A DNA stretch of 64,000 bases from Planctomycetota bacterium (GTDB lineage: Bacteria > Planctomycetota > UBA1135 > UBA2386), in contig OZ245838.1 in NCBI GenBank assembly GCA_965228735.1, positions 4,512,001 through 4,576,000 on the forward strand, read 5' to 3'. Shown here piece by piece: positions 48,417 through 57,626 of the stretch (its first letter is position 1; each line of letters begins with the position of its first letter). Both the position numbers and the translations under genes were made by a program. The notes under the pieces were generated by a model. It saw nothing but the letters and a program-made list of their open reading frames with translations. It was not told where the DNA came from and did no database searches.

Positions 48417-49966
48417 GCGGGACGCTGCGTCACATCTCGTTCCGCAAGCTCGGGCCGTCGCAGGTCCAGCAGCGCTTCCTCGAGGACGACCGCGACCTCG
48501 TCCAGTTCCTCGGCAGCCGGGCGCGCTCGGTCGACGAGCTCATGCGCGCCGCGCCGACCGGTGCCGAACGGCTGCTGCGCCGCGACGACCTCGTCGACGC
48601 GTTGCTGGCCTACGCGGAGAAGCACGGAGCCCCCGACGCGGTCAAACAGAACGCCGAGGCGCTGCGCGATCCCAAGGTGCACGTCGTCGTCACGGGCCAG
48701 CAGCCCGGGCTCTGCGGCGGTCCGCTCTATACGCTGCACAAGGCCGCGACGGCGATCCGGCTCTGCCGCGAGATCAACGCTGCGGGCGACGGCCGCCGCG
48801 CCGTGCCGCTGTTCTGGAACCACAGCGACGACCACGACTTCGACGAGGCCAACCGACTGTTCCTCGTGAACAAGTCGCAGGACGTGCAGCGCTACCGCAT
48901 CGATCGCGACCACCGCAGCGAGTCGCTGCGCAACATCGCCGTTGGCCGCGACGTCGAGAAGATCCTCGCCGAGATCGACTCGCTGCTGCCCGACACCGAG
49001 TTCCGCGAATGGGCGCTGCAGACGTTCGCGCCGCGACACCCCAACGAGACGTTCGGCGACCTGCAGGCGCGGCTGATGTTCGCGGCGTTCGGCGAGGACG
49101 GCCTCATCGTCATCGAACCGCGCGATCTGCCCGAGGTCGCGTTCGAGCCGTTGCCGCGCTGGTGGAGCCGGGCCCACGAGGTGCGCGAACGCGTCAAGCA
49201 CGCGTGCGAGGACCTCGGCGACCTCGGCTTCGATGTGACGCTCGATCCGACGGCGACGATGATGTTCGAGCTCACGGGCGGCGAACGCGAGCCGCTCGCC
49301 GACGGCGAAGCCGCGGGCCGCGCGCAGGACCTGAGCCCCGGCGTGCTGCTGCGACCGCTGTGGCAGGACGCGGTGCTGCCGACGATCGCGTTCGTCGTCG
49401 GGCCCGGCGAGTTCAGCTACCTCGCGGCGGTCGCGCCGCTCTACCGGCTGCTCGGCGTGCCGCGCCCGGTGTTCGTGCCGCGTTCGTCGTTGACGCTCGT
49501 CGAACCGTCGCTGCAGAAGCTGCTGCACCGCTTCTCGCTCGACATCACCGACCTCGAGCAGGGCCCGGAGAACCTCGCGGAGTCACTCCAACAGGACGAG
49601 CCCGACGACATCGGCGATCGGATCGCCGACCTGCGTTCGCGACTCGGCACCGACCTCGACGACATCGGCAAGCGGCTCGAACGCCTCGACAGCTCGATGC
49701 TCGGCGCGCTTGCGCGGGCCCGCGGCAAGATGATCGACGAGCTCGAACGACTCGACAGCAAGATCAAAAACGCACAGCAGAACAAGCAGGGCACGGGCAT
49801 GCGGCAGATCCGCAAGCTCTGCAGTCAGCTGCGCCCGCGCGGCCGCATGCAGGAGCGCGTGCTCGGCCCGTTGCCGTACCTGGTGATGCACGGCCGCGGG
49901 CTCATCGAAGAGCTCATCGCCGCTGCCGACCCGTTCCGCATCGAGCACGGCGTGCTCGAGCTCTGA
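48413..49966 (+). CDS. bshC: Bacillithiol biosynthesis cysteine-adding enzyme BshC
   Basis: VVTGQQPGLCGGPLYTLHKA, PLFW..SDDHDFDE, SPGVLLRPLWQDAVLPT, GPGEFSYLA, C-terminal coiled region and MQERV. ATGA overlap with pyrF. Confidence 0.85.
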   Translation: MSGTLRHISFRKLGPSQVQQRFLEDDRDLVQFLGSRARSVDELMRAAPTGAERLLRRDDLVDALLAYAEKHGAPDAVKQNAEALRDPKVHVVVTGQQPGLCGGPLYTLHKAATAIRLCREINAAGDGRRAVPLFWNHSDDHDFDEANRLFLVNKSQDVQRYRIDRDHRSESLRNIAVGRDVEKILAEIDSLLPDTEFREWALQTFAPRHPNETFGDLQARLMFAAFGEDGLIVIEPRDLPEVAFEPLPRWWSRAHEVRERVKHACEDLGDLGFDVTLDPTATMMFELTGGEREPLADGEAAGRAQDLSPGVLLRPLWQDAVLPTIAFVVGPGEFSYLAAVAPLYRLLGVPRPVFVPRSSLTLVEPSLQKLLHRFSLDITDLEQGPENLAESLQQDEPDDIGDRIADLRSRLGTDLDDIGKRLERLDSSMLGALARARGKMIDELERLDSKIKNAQQNKQGTGMRQIRKLCSQLRPRGRMQERVLGPLPYLVMHGRGLIEELIAAADPFRIEHGVLEL

Positions 49967-50009
49967 TGACCGACACCCGGCGACGAAGACTCCAGGACGA
50001 GACCACGAC

Positions 50010-50738
50010 GTGATGATCGACCTCGCGACGCTGCAGCCATGCGACGTGCTCGCGATCGGGCCGCACCCCGATGACGTCGAGATCGCGGCCGCCGGCACGT
50101 TGCTGCTGCTCGGTCAGGCCGGCCACGCCGTGTCGATCGTCGACTGCACGCGCGGCGAGATGGGCTCGGCCGGCAGTGTCGAGCAGCGCGACGCCGAGGC
50201 TGCGGCGGCAGCGACGGCCCTCGGGCTGCGTCAGCGCCTCAACCTCGGCCTGCCCGACGCCAATCTGCACGCCGACGACGGGATCACCGACCTGCTCGTC
50301 GGCGTGATCCGCGCCGCCCGGCCGCGGCTGCTGTTCGCGCCGCTGGCCATCGACCCGCACCCGGACCACGTCGCGGCCGCGGACGCCACGGCGCGGGCGT
50401 TCTTCCTCGCCGGCCTCAAGAAGCACCGCCCCGAGCACGGTGAGGCCTTCCGACCGACGACCCTGCTGCGCTACCCCCTCAACCGCCCGGTCGAACCGAC
50501 GATCGCGATCGACATCAGCGCGGTGGCCGACCAGAAGGCCGCCGTCGTCCGCTGCTACGGCTCCCAGATCGCGCCACCCGATCGCTCGCACCTCCTGCAG
50601 GGCGTCGATCTGCTCGAGCGGACCGAGATCCGCGACCGCTTCCACGGCACGCGCATCGGCGTCCGCGCCGCCGAGCCGTTCTGCCACGACGGGCCGCTCG
50701 CGCTGCGCGGCGATATCAGCAGCCTGCTCTCGCCCTGA
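50010..50738 (+). CDS. bshB1: N-acetylglucosaminyl-malate deacetylase BshB1 (PIG-L family)
   Basis: DVLAIGPHPDDVE, DCTRGEMGS, R..EA..AA..LG, DPHPDH, AFFLAGL, IDIS...K....CYGSQ, IGVRAAEPF. Context between bshC and bshA. Confidence 0.85.
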   Translation: MMIDLATLQPCDVLAIGPHPDDVEIAAAGTLLLLGQAGHAVSIVDCTRGEMGSAGSVEQRDAEAAAAATALGLRQRLNLGLPDANLHADDGITDLLVGVIRAARPRLLFAPLAIDPHPDHVAAADATARAFFLAGLKKHRPEHGEAFRPTTLLRYPLNRPVEPTIAIDISAVADQKAAVVRCYGSQIAPPDRSHLLQGVDLLERTEIRDRFHGTRIGVRAAEPFCHDGPLALRGDISSLLSP

Positions 50739-50851
50739 GCCGGCCGTACGGTACGCGGTTCGTTCTGCCGGCCGATCTCGCCGCGCCGTTCTGCAATTAG
50801 GGCTCGCGCAGACTCCGGCGAGGCCGGACGATCGGGGCGGGAGGCTTGCAC

Positions 50852-51937
50852 ATGAAACGTATCGCGGTCATCAACCAGAAGGGCGGTGTCGGCAAGACCA
50901 CGACCACGGTCAGTCTCGGCGCGGCGCTCGCGCACAAGGGCCACAAGGTCCTGCTGCTCGATCTCGACCCTCAGGCCAACCTGACGGTCCACGTCGACAA
51001 GCGGCCCGACCTCGAGGGCAACACGATGACGACGCTGTTGCTCGAGGACGCGAAGATCAGGGATCTGGTGCTCGAGACCGCGACCCCCGGCCTGTTCGTG
51101 GTGCCGAGCGACTCGTCGTTGGCCGGCGTCGAGCAGGTGCTCGCCAACCGCATCGGCCGTGAGACGATTCTGCGCGAAGCGCTCGAGGCCTGGGAAGAAC
51201 AGGACGGCGGCAGTGAGTTCGACTTCGTGCTGTTCGACTGCCCGCCATCGCTCGGCGTGCTGAGCGCGAACGTGCTCGTCGCCGCGGACCGCGTCGTCAT
51301 TCCGATGCAGGCCGAGTTCCTGTCGCTGCAGGGCATGGCCAAGCTGCTCGAGGTGATTCAGCTCGTGCAGAAGCGCCTCAACCAACAGCTCGACATCGCG
51401 TGCGTGTTGCCGTGCATGGTCGATGGCCGCACCAACCTCAGCGCCGAAGTCCTGCGCGAGATCGGCGAACACTTCGGGCCGCTGCTCGCGACGACACGCA
51501 TCCGCAACAACGTGAAGCTCGCCGAGGCGCCGAGCTTCGGCCGCACGATCTTCGAGCACGCGCCGGAGAGCAACGGCGCGCTCGACTACGCCGAGTTCGC
51601 CGATGAGTTCCTGCGCCTGATGGGCCTCGCGCCGCCGTTGCCCGCGACGTCTCCCGACGAGAACGACGTGGACGAGGATGAGGATGACGAGGGCGCGCCC
51701 GGGGCCGACGAGAACATCGAACTCGCGGGCTTCGTGGCGCGACCGGGTCCGATCGTCGACGTGCCGGGCACCGAACCGGACGTCGACGACATCGCGGAGG
51801 CGGAAACGATCCCGGCGGCAGCCACCCCAAAGTCGGCCGGCTCCGAAACCGCGATGCCGGCGGCCGATACCGCAGCCGATACCCCGGCAGAATCCCCCGA
51901 ACGGGCGACCGAGATCGAGCGCGAAGCCGACGCCTGA
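50852..51937 (+). CDS. Second (orphan) ParA/Soj-family ATPase with ~100-aa acidic disordered C-tail
   Basis: NQKGGVGKTT, DLDPQANLT, DCPPSLG, PMQAEFLSLQG, RIRNNVKLAEAPSFG. Tail begins SPDENDVDEDEDDEG. No adjacent parB. Confidence 0.9.
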   Translation: MKRIAVINQKGGVGKTTTTVSLGAALAHKGHKVLLLDLDPQANLTVHVDKRPDLEGNTMTTLLLEDAKIRDLVLETATPGLFVVPSDSSLAGVEQVLANRIGRETILREALEAWEEQDGGSEFDFVLFDCPPSLGVLSANVLVAADRVVIPMQAEFLSLQGMAKLLEVIQLVQKRLNQQLDIACVLPCMVDGRTNLSAEVLREIGEHFGPLLATTRIRNNVKLAEAPSFGRTIFEHAPESNGALDYAEFADEFLRLMGLAPPLPATSPDENDVDEDEDDEGAPGADENIELAGFVARPGPIVDVPGTEPDVDDIAEAETIPAAATPKSAGSETAMPAADTAADTPAESPERATEIEREADA

Positions 51938-51995
51938 AGGCCGTTCGGGGCGCGACTCCAGCGCGGCCGCGCCTGCGGCCGATAGCAGGGGCGGA

Positions 51996-52631
51996 ATGCC
52001 GTCCCACGACCCCGAACTCGATCGGATCACCGAACTGCTCGGCCAGTGTCTCGGGCGGATCGACGAGTATGCCTACCGGCTGCAGGACCGCGGCGACCTG
52101 GCCGACGATGTCGACCCGACGGCTCCGAGCACGGAGACGGCGATCGACCTCGACGCGTGCGACGCGCTCGAACGCGAGGCCGAACTGCTCCAGGACCTCG
52201 TCCAGTCCGCCGTGCAGCACGCCGGCGGCGACGATCGTTCCGACCTCAGCCGGGTCGTCGACTCGACGCTGCAGGCCGCGATCGCGGAGCTCGACATTCC
52301 GGTCGTCTTGCGCCAGAGCCTCGCGCCGGATCTGCCCCAGACCGGCTGCAGTGGCCGAGACCTCGCGCATGCCGCGCAGCGCGCGCTCATGCTCGCGGTG
52401 AGCGGCCTCGTCGCGGGTGACGAGATCGCGGTCGAGACGCGCTCGGACAACACCCACACGGTGCTGGAGATCGCGTTCCCGTTGCGCGGCGAACCGCACC
52501 TGAGCGACCGCGCCACGACGTTGCAGGAGTTCGTCGCCGAACTCGGCGGCAACTGCCGCATCCAGTCCGACGGCCACAGCCAGTGCCTCATCGCGGTCGA
52601 GCTGCCGACCGCGGTCCCGACCGACGGCTGA
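51996..52631 (+). CDS. Hypothetical protein resembling a degenerate histidine-kinase DHp/CA core
   Basis: DLSRVVDSTL, SLAPDLPQ, GDEIAVETR, VAELGGNCRIQS...IAVELP follow the HATPase_c secondary-structure pattern, but the N, G1, F and G2 boxes are missing. Confidence 0.6.
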   Translation: MPSHDPELDRITELLGQCLGRIDEYAYRLQDRGDLADDVDPTAPSTETAIDLDACDALEREAELLQDLVQSAVQHAGGDDRSDLSRVVDSTLQAAIAELDIPVVLRQSLAPDLPQTGCSGRDLAHAAQRALMLAVSGLVAGDEIAVETRSDNTHTVLEIAFPLRGEPHLSDRATTLQEFVAELGGNCRIQSDGHSQCLIAVELPTAVPTDG

Positions 52632-52816
52632 GAACGGTCAGCGCTTCGCCGCCGTGAAGCACACGGCCGTGCCCGCGCGCGCGGCGAGATCCCCAGCCCC
52701 ATCCGACCGCCGGCGCGTTCGATCCCTGCGCTGGTCGACGCCTCGAGTTGTCCCACCCGCGAAAACACCCGCCAGCGGCCGAACTTCGGGTGTTGTCGTC
52801 CGTAAGATCCCGCACC

Positions 52817-53929
52817 ATGCGCATCGGTATCGTCTGCTACCCGACCGTCGGCGGCTCCGGCGTGATCGCGACCGAAGTCGCCAACGAACTGGCCGTTCGA
52901 GGCCACGACGTGCACCTGCTGAGCTACGACCGGCCGGGCCGGATGCGTCGCGGCATCCCGGGGTTGCGATTCCACGAGGTCAGCGTGACGCCGTACCCGC
53001 TGTTTCGCTTCCCGCCGTACGACCTCGCGCTCGCGACGCGGATGCTCGAGGTCCGCGAAGAGGCTCAGGTCGACATCTTCCACGTGCACTACGCGATCCC
53101 ACACGCGGTCAGCGCGTTCCTCGCACGCAGCATGTGCGGCGGCAACCGCAGTCTCGAGTTCGTCACGACCCTGCACGGCACGGACATCACGGTCGTCGGC
53201 AGTGACCGGGCCTATCTGCGGCCGACGCTATTCGCGCTCGAGCAGAGCAGCGCGCTCACGGCCGTGAGCCGCTACCTGGCCGAAGAGACCCAGCTCGTGT
53301 TCGGCATGAAGAAGCCGGTCGAGGTCATCCCCAACTTCATCGACACCAACACCTGGCGTCCCGACGGCGCCGAGCGCTACTACGACCGCAATGACGAGGA
53401 GCGCATTCTCGTCCACGTGTCGAACTTCCGCCCGGTGAAACGTGTCGCCGACATCGTGCGCGCGTTCGCGCAGATCCAGGCCAAGGTGCCGGCTCGGCTC
53501 TGGCTCCTCGGCGACGGCCCGGACCGCGAGCACGCGCTGGCCGTGGCGACCGACCTCGGGTGCCGCAACAAGGTCGAGCATTTCGGCGTCGTCGATCGCC
53601 TCGAACAGATGCTGCCGCGCGCCGACCTGTTCTTGTCCGCGTCGGACACCGAGAGCTTCGGGCTGTCGATGCTCGAGGCGATGGCATGCGGGGTGCCGTG
53701 CGTGAGCACGCGGGTCGGTGGCGTCGCGGAAGTCCTCGGCTCGACGGGCGCACTGACGCCACCGCAGGATCCACAGGCGCTCGCCGAGGCCGCGATCCGG
53801 CTGCTCACCGACCCCGAGCTGCATCGCGAACACTCGCAGCAGAGTCGCGCGCGCGCCGTCGAGCTGTTCGCTTCCGAGAAGGCGATCGACCAGTACGTCG
53901 CGCTCTACGAACGCGTCCTCGGGCAGTGA
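52817..53929 (+). CDS. bshA: N-acetyl-alpha-D-glucosaminyl L-malate synthase BshA (GT4)
   Basis: MRIGIVCYPTVGGSGVIATE, YPLFRFPPY, HVHYAIPHA, TTLHGTDITVVG, HVSNFRPVKRV, ESFGLSMLEAMACGVP. Confidence 0.92.
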   Translation: MRIGIVCYPTVGGSGVIATEVANELAVRGHDVHLLSYDRPGRMRRGIPGLRFHEVSVTPYPLFRFPPYDLALATRMLEVREEAQVDIFHVHYAIPHAVSAFLARSMCGGNRSLEFVTTLHGTDITVVGSDRAYLRPTLFALEQSSALTAVSRYLAEETQLVFGMKKPVEVIPNFIDTNTWRPDGAERYYDRNDEERILVHVSNFRPVKRVADIVRAFAQIQAKVPARLWLLGDGPDREHALAVATDLGCRNKVEHFGVVDRLEQMLPRADLFLSASDTESFGLSMLEAMACGVPCVSTRVGGVAEVLGSTGALTPPQDPQALAEAAIRLLTDPELHREHSQQSRARAVELFASEKAIDQYVALYERVLGQ

Positions 53930-55044
53930 CCGAGCCGCGGCCGATCTTCTGCGACTACAACGCCGGTGCGCCGGTCGAACCGGACGTTCTGGAGCGTTTC
54001 GCAACGGTCGAACGGGACGCGCCGGGCAACCCGGCGAGCGTCCACGGCAGCGGGCGACGGGCGCGCGCGGTGCTCGAAGCAGCCCGCGCCGAGATCGCGA
54101 CGGCGCTCGCGGTGCACCCGGACGAGGTCGTGTTCACGAGCGGCGGCACCGAAGCCGCCAATCTGGCGGTCCGCGGGCTCGGCGATCGCGCGCTGCCCGT
54201 GCTGCTCGGGCCACACGAGCACCCGGCGGTGCTCGCGCCCGGCACGGAACGGGGCACGGTCGAATGGGCCGTGGACCGGACCGGCACGGCTGCCATCGAG
54301 TCACCTGCATCGCCCGTCGGTTTGCTCGCGCTCGTGCACGCGCAGAGCGAGCTAGGGACCCTGCAACCGATTCAGGCGGCCGGCGATCTGGCGCAACGGC
54401 TCGGTGTTCCGCTCGTCGTGGACTGCGCGCAGTCCCTGGGGCGCGTGCCGCTCGACGACGTCGTCGCGCGGGCCGATGCGTTCGTGCTGTCGCCGCACAA
54501 GTGCGGTGGACTCCGCGGCCATGGCGTGCTCGTCGTGCGACGCTCTGCCGGACCGCTGACGCCACTGTTGCGCGGTGGCAGTCAGGAAGGCGCGTTGCGA
54601 GCCGGCACCCAGAGCCCGGCACTCGCGAGCGCCAACGCGTTGGCAATTACGCGCGCCGTCCGTGAGCAAGCCGAACGACACACCACGATGGCGCGCAATC
54701 GCGCCGCGTTCCTCGCGGGGCTGGAGGCGAGCGGCGCGCGCTTCACGATCCTGACGCCGCTGCCAACGAGCGTGCCCAACACGGTGATGCTCGCGCTGCC
54801 GGGACACGATGGCCGCAACTTGCTGCCAATGCTCGACCTCGCCGGAGTGCAGGCGTCGCACGGCAGCGCCTGCTCGGCCGGTTCGCCGACGCCGCCGCGC
54901 GTATTGCGCGCGATCGGTCTCGACGACGACATCGCGCGGGCCTGCATCCGGTTCAGCTTCGGGTACCGCGACGACCCAGCGACGACACGCGCGTGCGGCG
55001 AGCGCGTCGGTGCAGTGGTGCAGCGTCGCAGCCAAAAAAACTAA
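53926..55044 (+). CDS. Cysteine desulfurase, IscS/NifS-like (divergent)
   Basis: DYNA, GNPASVH..GRRAR, FTSGGTEA, EHPAV, DCAQ, SPHK (PLP Lys), GSQE..LRAGT, SHGSACS (catalytic Cys), IRFSFG. GTGA overlap with bshA. Confidence 0.88.
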   Translation: MTEPRPIFCDYNAGAPVEPDVLERFATVERDAPGNPASVHGSGRRARAVLEAARAEIATALAVHPDEVVFTSGGTEAANLAVRGLGDRALPVLLGPHEHPAVLAPGTERGTVEWAVDRTGTAAIESPASPVGLLALVHAQSELGTLQPIQAAGDLAQRLGVPLVVDCAQSLGRVPLDDVVARADAFVLSPHKCGGLRGHGVLVVRRSAGPLTPLLRGGSQEGALRAGTQSPALASANALAITRAVREQAERHTTMARNRAAFLAGLEASGARFTILTPLPTSVPNTVMLALPGHDGRNLLPMLDLAGVQASHGSACSAGSPTPPRVLRAIGLDDDIARACIRFSFGYRDDPATTRACGERVGAVVQRRSQKN

Positions 55045-55844
55045 CACCCCACGCCGGCCTCGTGCACGACCTACGGGTTGTGCCCAAGTCCTTGCTCCTC
55101 GTGGACGAGCGTTCACACAACGCACACGGAATGCACACCGAGCGGGCGCGGCGCGCTCCAAAGTTGATCGACTCTGCTTGCACCGCATCGCGTTCGAGGT
55201 AAGACAGGGCCCGTCAGTCGAGGAGCCGACGTCGACGCGCGCACCTGTTAGTGCAAGAGTTGACAATGGTTCGAACGGACTCGACGCGTCTCTCTCGTTC
55301 TTCTCAACAGTTGCCTCACGACGCGACGGTGCATGTCCGCGTGACTCCACGCTGCTGAGTCTGCCGGGGGAAAGCGTCAGTCCGAGTCAGCAGTCAGTCC
55401 CTAGATCGCCACAATTCGTTTTCGACCGGTCCAGACCAGCCCAAGGTCAGCTCACCCAGGTCAGGCCGCTCGCCCAGTCGCTTCGCGACGAACCTACTCC
55501 ACAGAATGGGGAGAGGTCCGTACGAAGTGCATGCTCGTTCGGGCTTCGCCTGCAGCGGGTGCGGCGCGCGGTTCCGCTTTGCGGGGGTCGAGTCCGGTTG
55601 GTTGGCACAGAGAGCGTCGCCTCGTTTCGACGAGCAACGGCCGCTGCCGAAAGCGAAATGTGGTGATCCGGGGACTGGCAGTTCAAGACCGACAGGTCAC
55701 GGTCACAGCGCTGGTCGCGGTCCATTGGGCCGGGCGGTCCATCGGGCCAGTCAACAGCCAGCGTAGTCCGGTTTCGCAAACGTCTCATCAAGAACTGGTC
55801 AACTTGAGGTTCGCCCAGCGGACCACCCGAGGAGTCCCCACGAT

Positions 55845-57626
55845 ATGGCCGAAGCTCTGCAGCCCGATCCGAGCCGCCCCAACGCCAACCCGACCGCCAC
55901 CGCAGGAGGGGTGGCTCCGCAGGGGGGCGCGACCGAAAGGGCCGAACGGCGGCACCTCGGCCAGCTGCTGCACGAACTCGCCGACCGCGTGCGCCGCGAG
56001 CAACTCGAGACCTGGTTCCGTTCCCTCGACGTCGTCCGCATGACCGAAGCCGAGATCGAGTTCTCGGTCACGAGCCAGTTCGTCCGCGACTGGCTGCAGA
56101 AGAACTTCCTCGGCGAGCTCCAGTCAGCCGTGATGACGGTCCTGCGGGCCGCCGCGAGTGATCGGGTGACCGATGGCGATGGCACTGCCGTCGCGGAACG
56201 CCGCGTGTTGCTGAGCTACCGCGAGGAGGACGGCTGGGACAGCCTGCGATTCGCGAACCTCGATGCCGGCACGCGGTCGTCGGTGAGTTCGGTCGCGCAC
56301 GGCGTCGAGACCGTCATGGATCCGCTGCGGCGCCAATTCGACGGGAGCCAGTTCGAAGGGGGCCAGTTCGAAGGGGGCCAGAACCCGGGTGGCGCCCACC
56401 CGCCGGCTGCCGATCCGGCTGCCGGAACTCCGAATCGCGGTGGGGGCCGGAACGGCGACCTCGGAGCAGCGGCGGGGACCCCGACGCATCGGCCGGCTGG
56501 TGGTCGCGCAGTCGGCGATCGGCCAGGCGGTGATCGGAGTGGGGGCGGTATGCGTTCGGGCGGCGATGGCCGGCGGCCCGCGGTCCGGTCGGCCGACGCG
56601 CCCCGCCTCAACCCCAACTACTCGTTCGACAAGTTCGTCGTCGGCGCTTGCAACCGGCTCGCCCACGCCTCGGCGATCGCGATCGCCGAGAACCCTGGCT
56701 TCGCCTACAACCCGCTGTTCGTGCACGGCAACGTCGGCCTCGGCAAGTCCCATCTGCTGCAGGCCATCTGCCACACGATCGTCAAGCGCTCGACGAACGC
56801 TCGCGTCATCTACATGAGCTGCGAGGACTTCACGAACGCGTTCATCGAAGCGATCCAGCAGAAGCGCGTCGAAGCGTTCCGCCAGCATTACCGCTCCGCC
56901 GACGTGCTCGTCATCGACGACGTGCAGTTCCTCGCGCACAAGGACAAGACGCAGGACGAGTTCTTTCACACGTTCAACGCCCTCTACGACGATCAGAAGC
57001 AGATCGTGCTGTCGTCCGACCGTCCGCCGGTCGAGATCCCGACGATCGAAGAACGGCTCGTCTCGCGCTTCAAGTGGGGCCTCGTGGCCGAGGTCGAGGC
57101 GCCGGACTTCGAGACCCGCAAGGCGATCGTGCTGCGCAAGGCGGCCGGTCGCGGCACCGAGCTGCCGGACGAGGTCGCCACGTTCCTCGCCGAGCGCGTC
57201 GCCACGAACATCCGTGAGCTCGAGGGCGCCGTGATCAAGGTCGTCGGCATCGCGGCGATCACGGGTCAGGCGATCACGCTGAGCCTCGCCGAGACCTGCA
57301 TGCGCGGGCTGCCGGTGCGCAGCGGCCAGGTGTCCGCGGACGACATCATGAGCCTGATCACGGGCGAGTTCGCGATCTCGGCGCGCGACCTCACCGGCAA
57401 GAGCCGCACCCAGATGGTCAGCCTGCCGCGCCAGGTGGCGATGTATCTGATCCGTGAGCACACGGAGAACTCCCTCGAGGACGTCGGCCGCATCTTCGGC
57501 GGCCGCGACCACACCACGGTGCTCTACGCGGTCAACAAGATCCGCGAGCGGCTGCAGCGCGACCGCACGTTCAAGGACCTGATCGAGTCGTTGAGCAACC
57601 GCCTGCTGACCCGCACGTTCCGCTAG
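55845..57626 (+). CDS. dnaA: Chromosomal replication initiator DnaA
   Basis: GAGGAG RBS. LNPNYSFDKFVVG, YNPLFVHGNVGLGKSHL, IDDVQF, QDEFFHTFN, RLVSRF.WGL, NIRELEGA, PRQVAMYL, GGRDHTTVLYA. Confidence 0.97.
   Translation: MAEALQPDPSRPNANPTATAGGVAPQGGATERAERRHLGQLLHELADRVRREQLETWFRSLDVVRMTEAEIEFSVTSQFVRDWLQKNFLGELQSAVMTVLRAAASDRVTDGDGTAVAERRVLLSYREEDGWDSLRFANLDAGTRSSVSSVAHGVETVMDPLRRQFDGSQFEGGQFEGGQNPGGAHPPAADPAAGTPNRGGGRNGDLGAAAGTPTHRPAGGRAVGDRPGGDRSGGGMRSGGDGRRPAVRSADAPRLNPNYSFDKFVVGACNRLAHASAIAIAENPGFAYNPLFVHGNVGLGKSHLLQAICHTIVKRSTNARVIYMSCEDFTNAFIEAIQQKRVEAFRQHYRSADVLVIDDVQFLAHKDKTQDEFFHTFNALYDDQKQIVLSSDRPPVEIPTIEERLVSRFKWGLVAEVEAPDFETRKAIVLRKAAGRGTELPDEVATFLAERVATNIRELEGAVIKVVGIAAITGQAITLSLAETCMRGLPVRSGQVSADDIMSLITGEFAISARDLTGKSRTQMVSLPRQVAMYLIREHTENSLEDVGRIFGGRDHTTVLYAVNKIRERLQRDRTFKDLIESLSNRLLTRTFR

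Noticed and set aside
50010..53929. Mycothiol (mshA/mshB) instead of bacillithiol genes
   Set aside because: The GT4 has BshA-specific motifs (CYPTVGGSG, HYAIPHA, TLHGTDIT), a BshC homolog is adjacent, and no MshC/MshD is seen.
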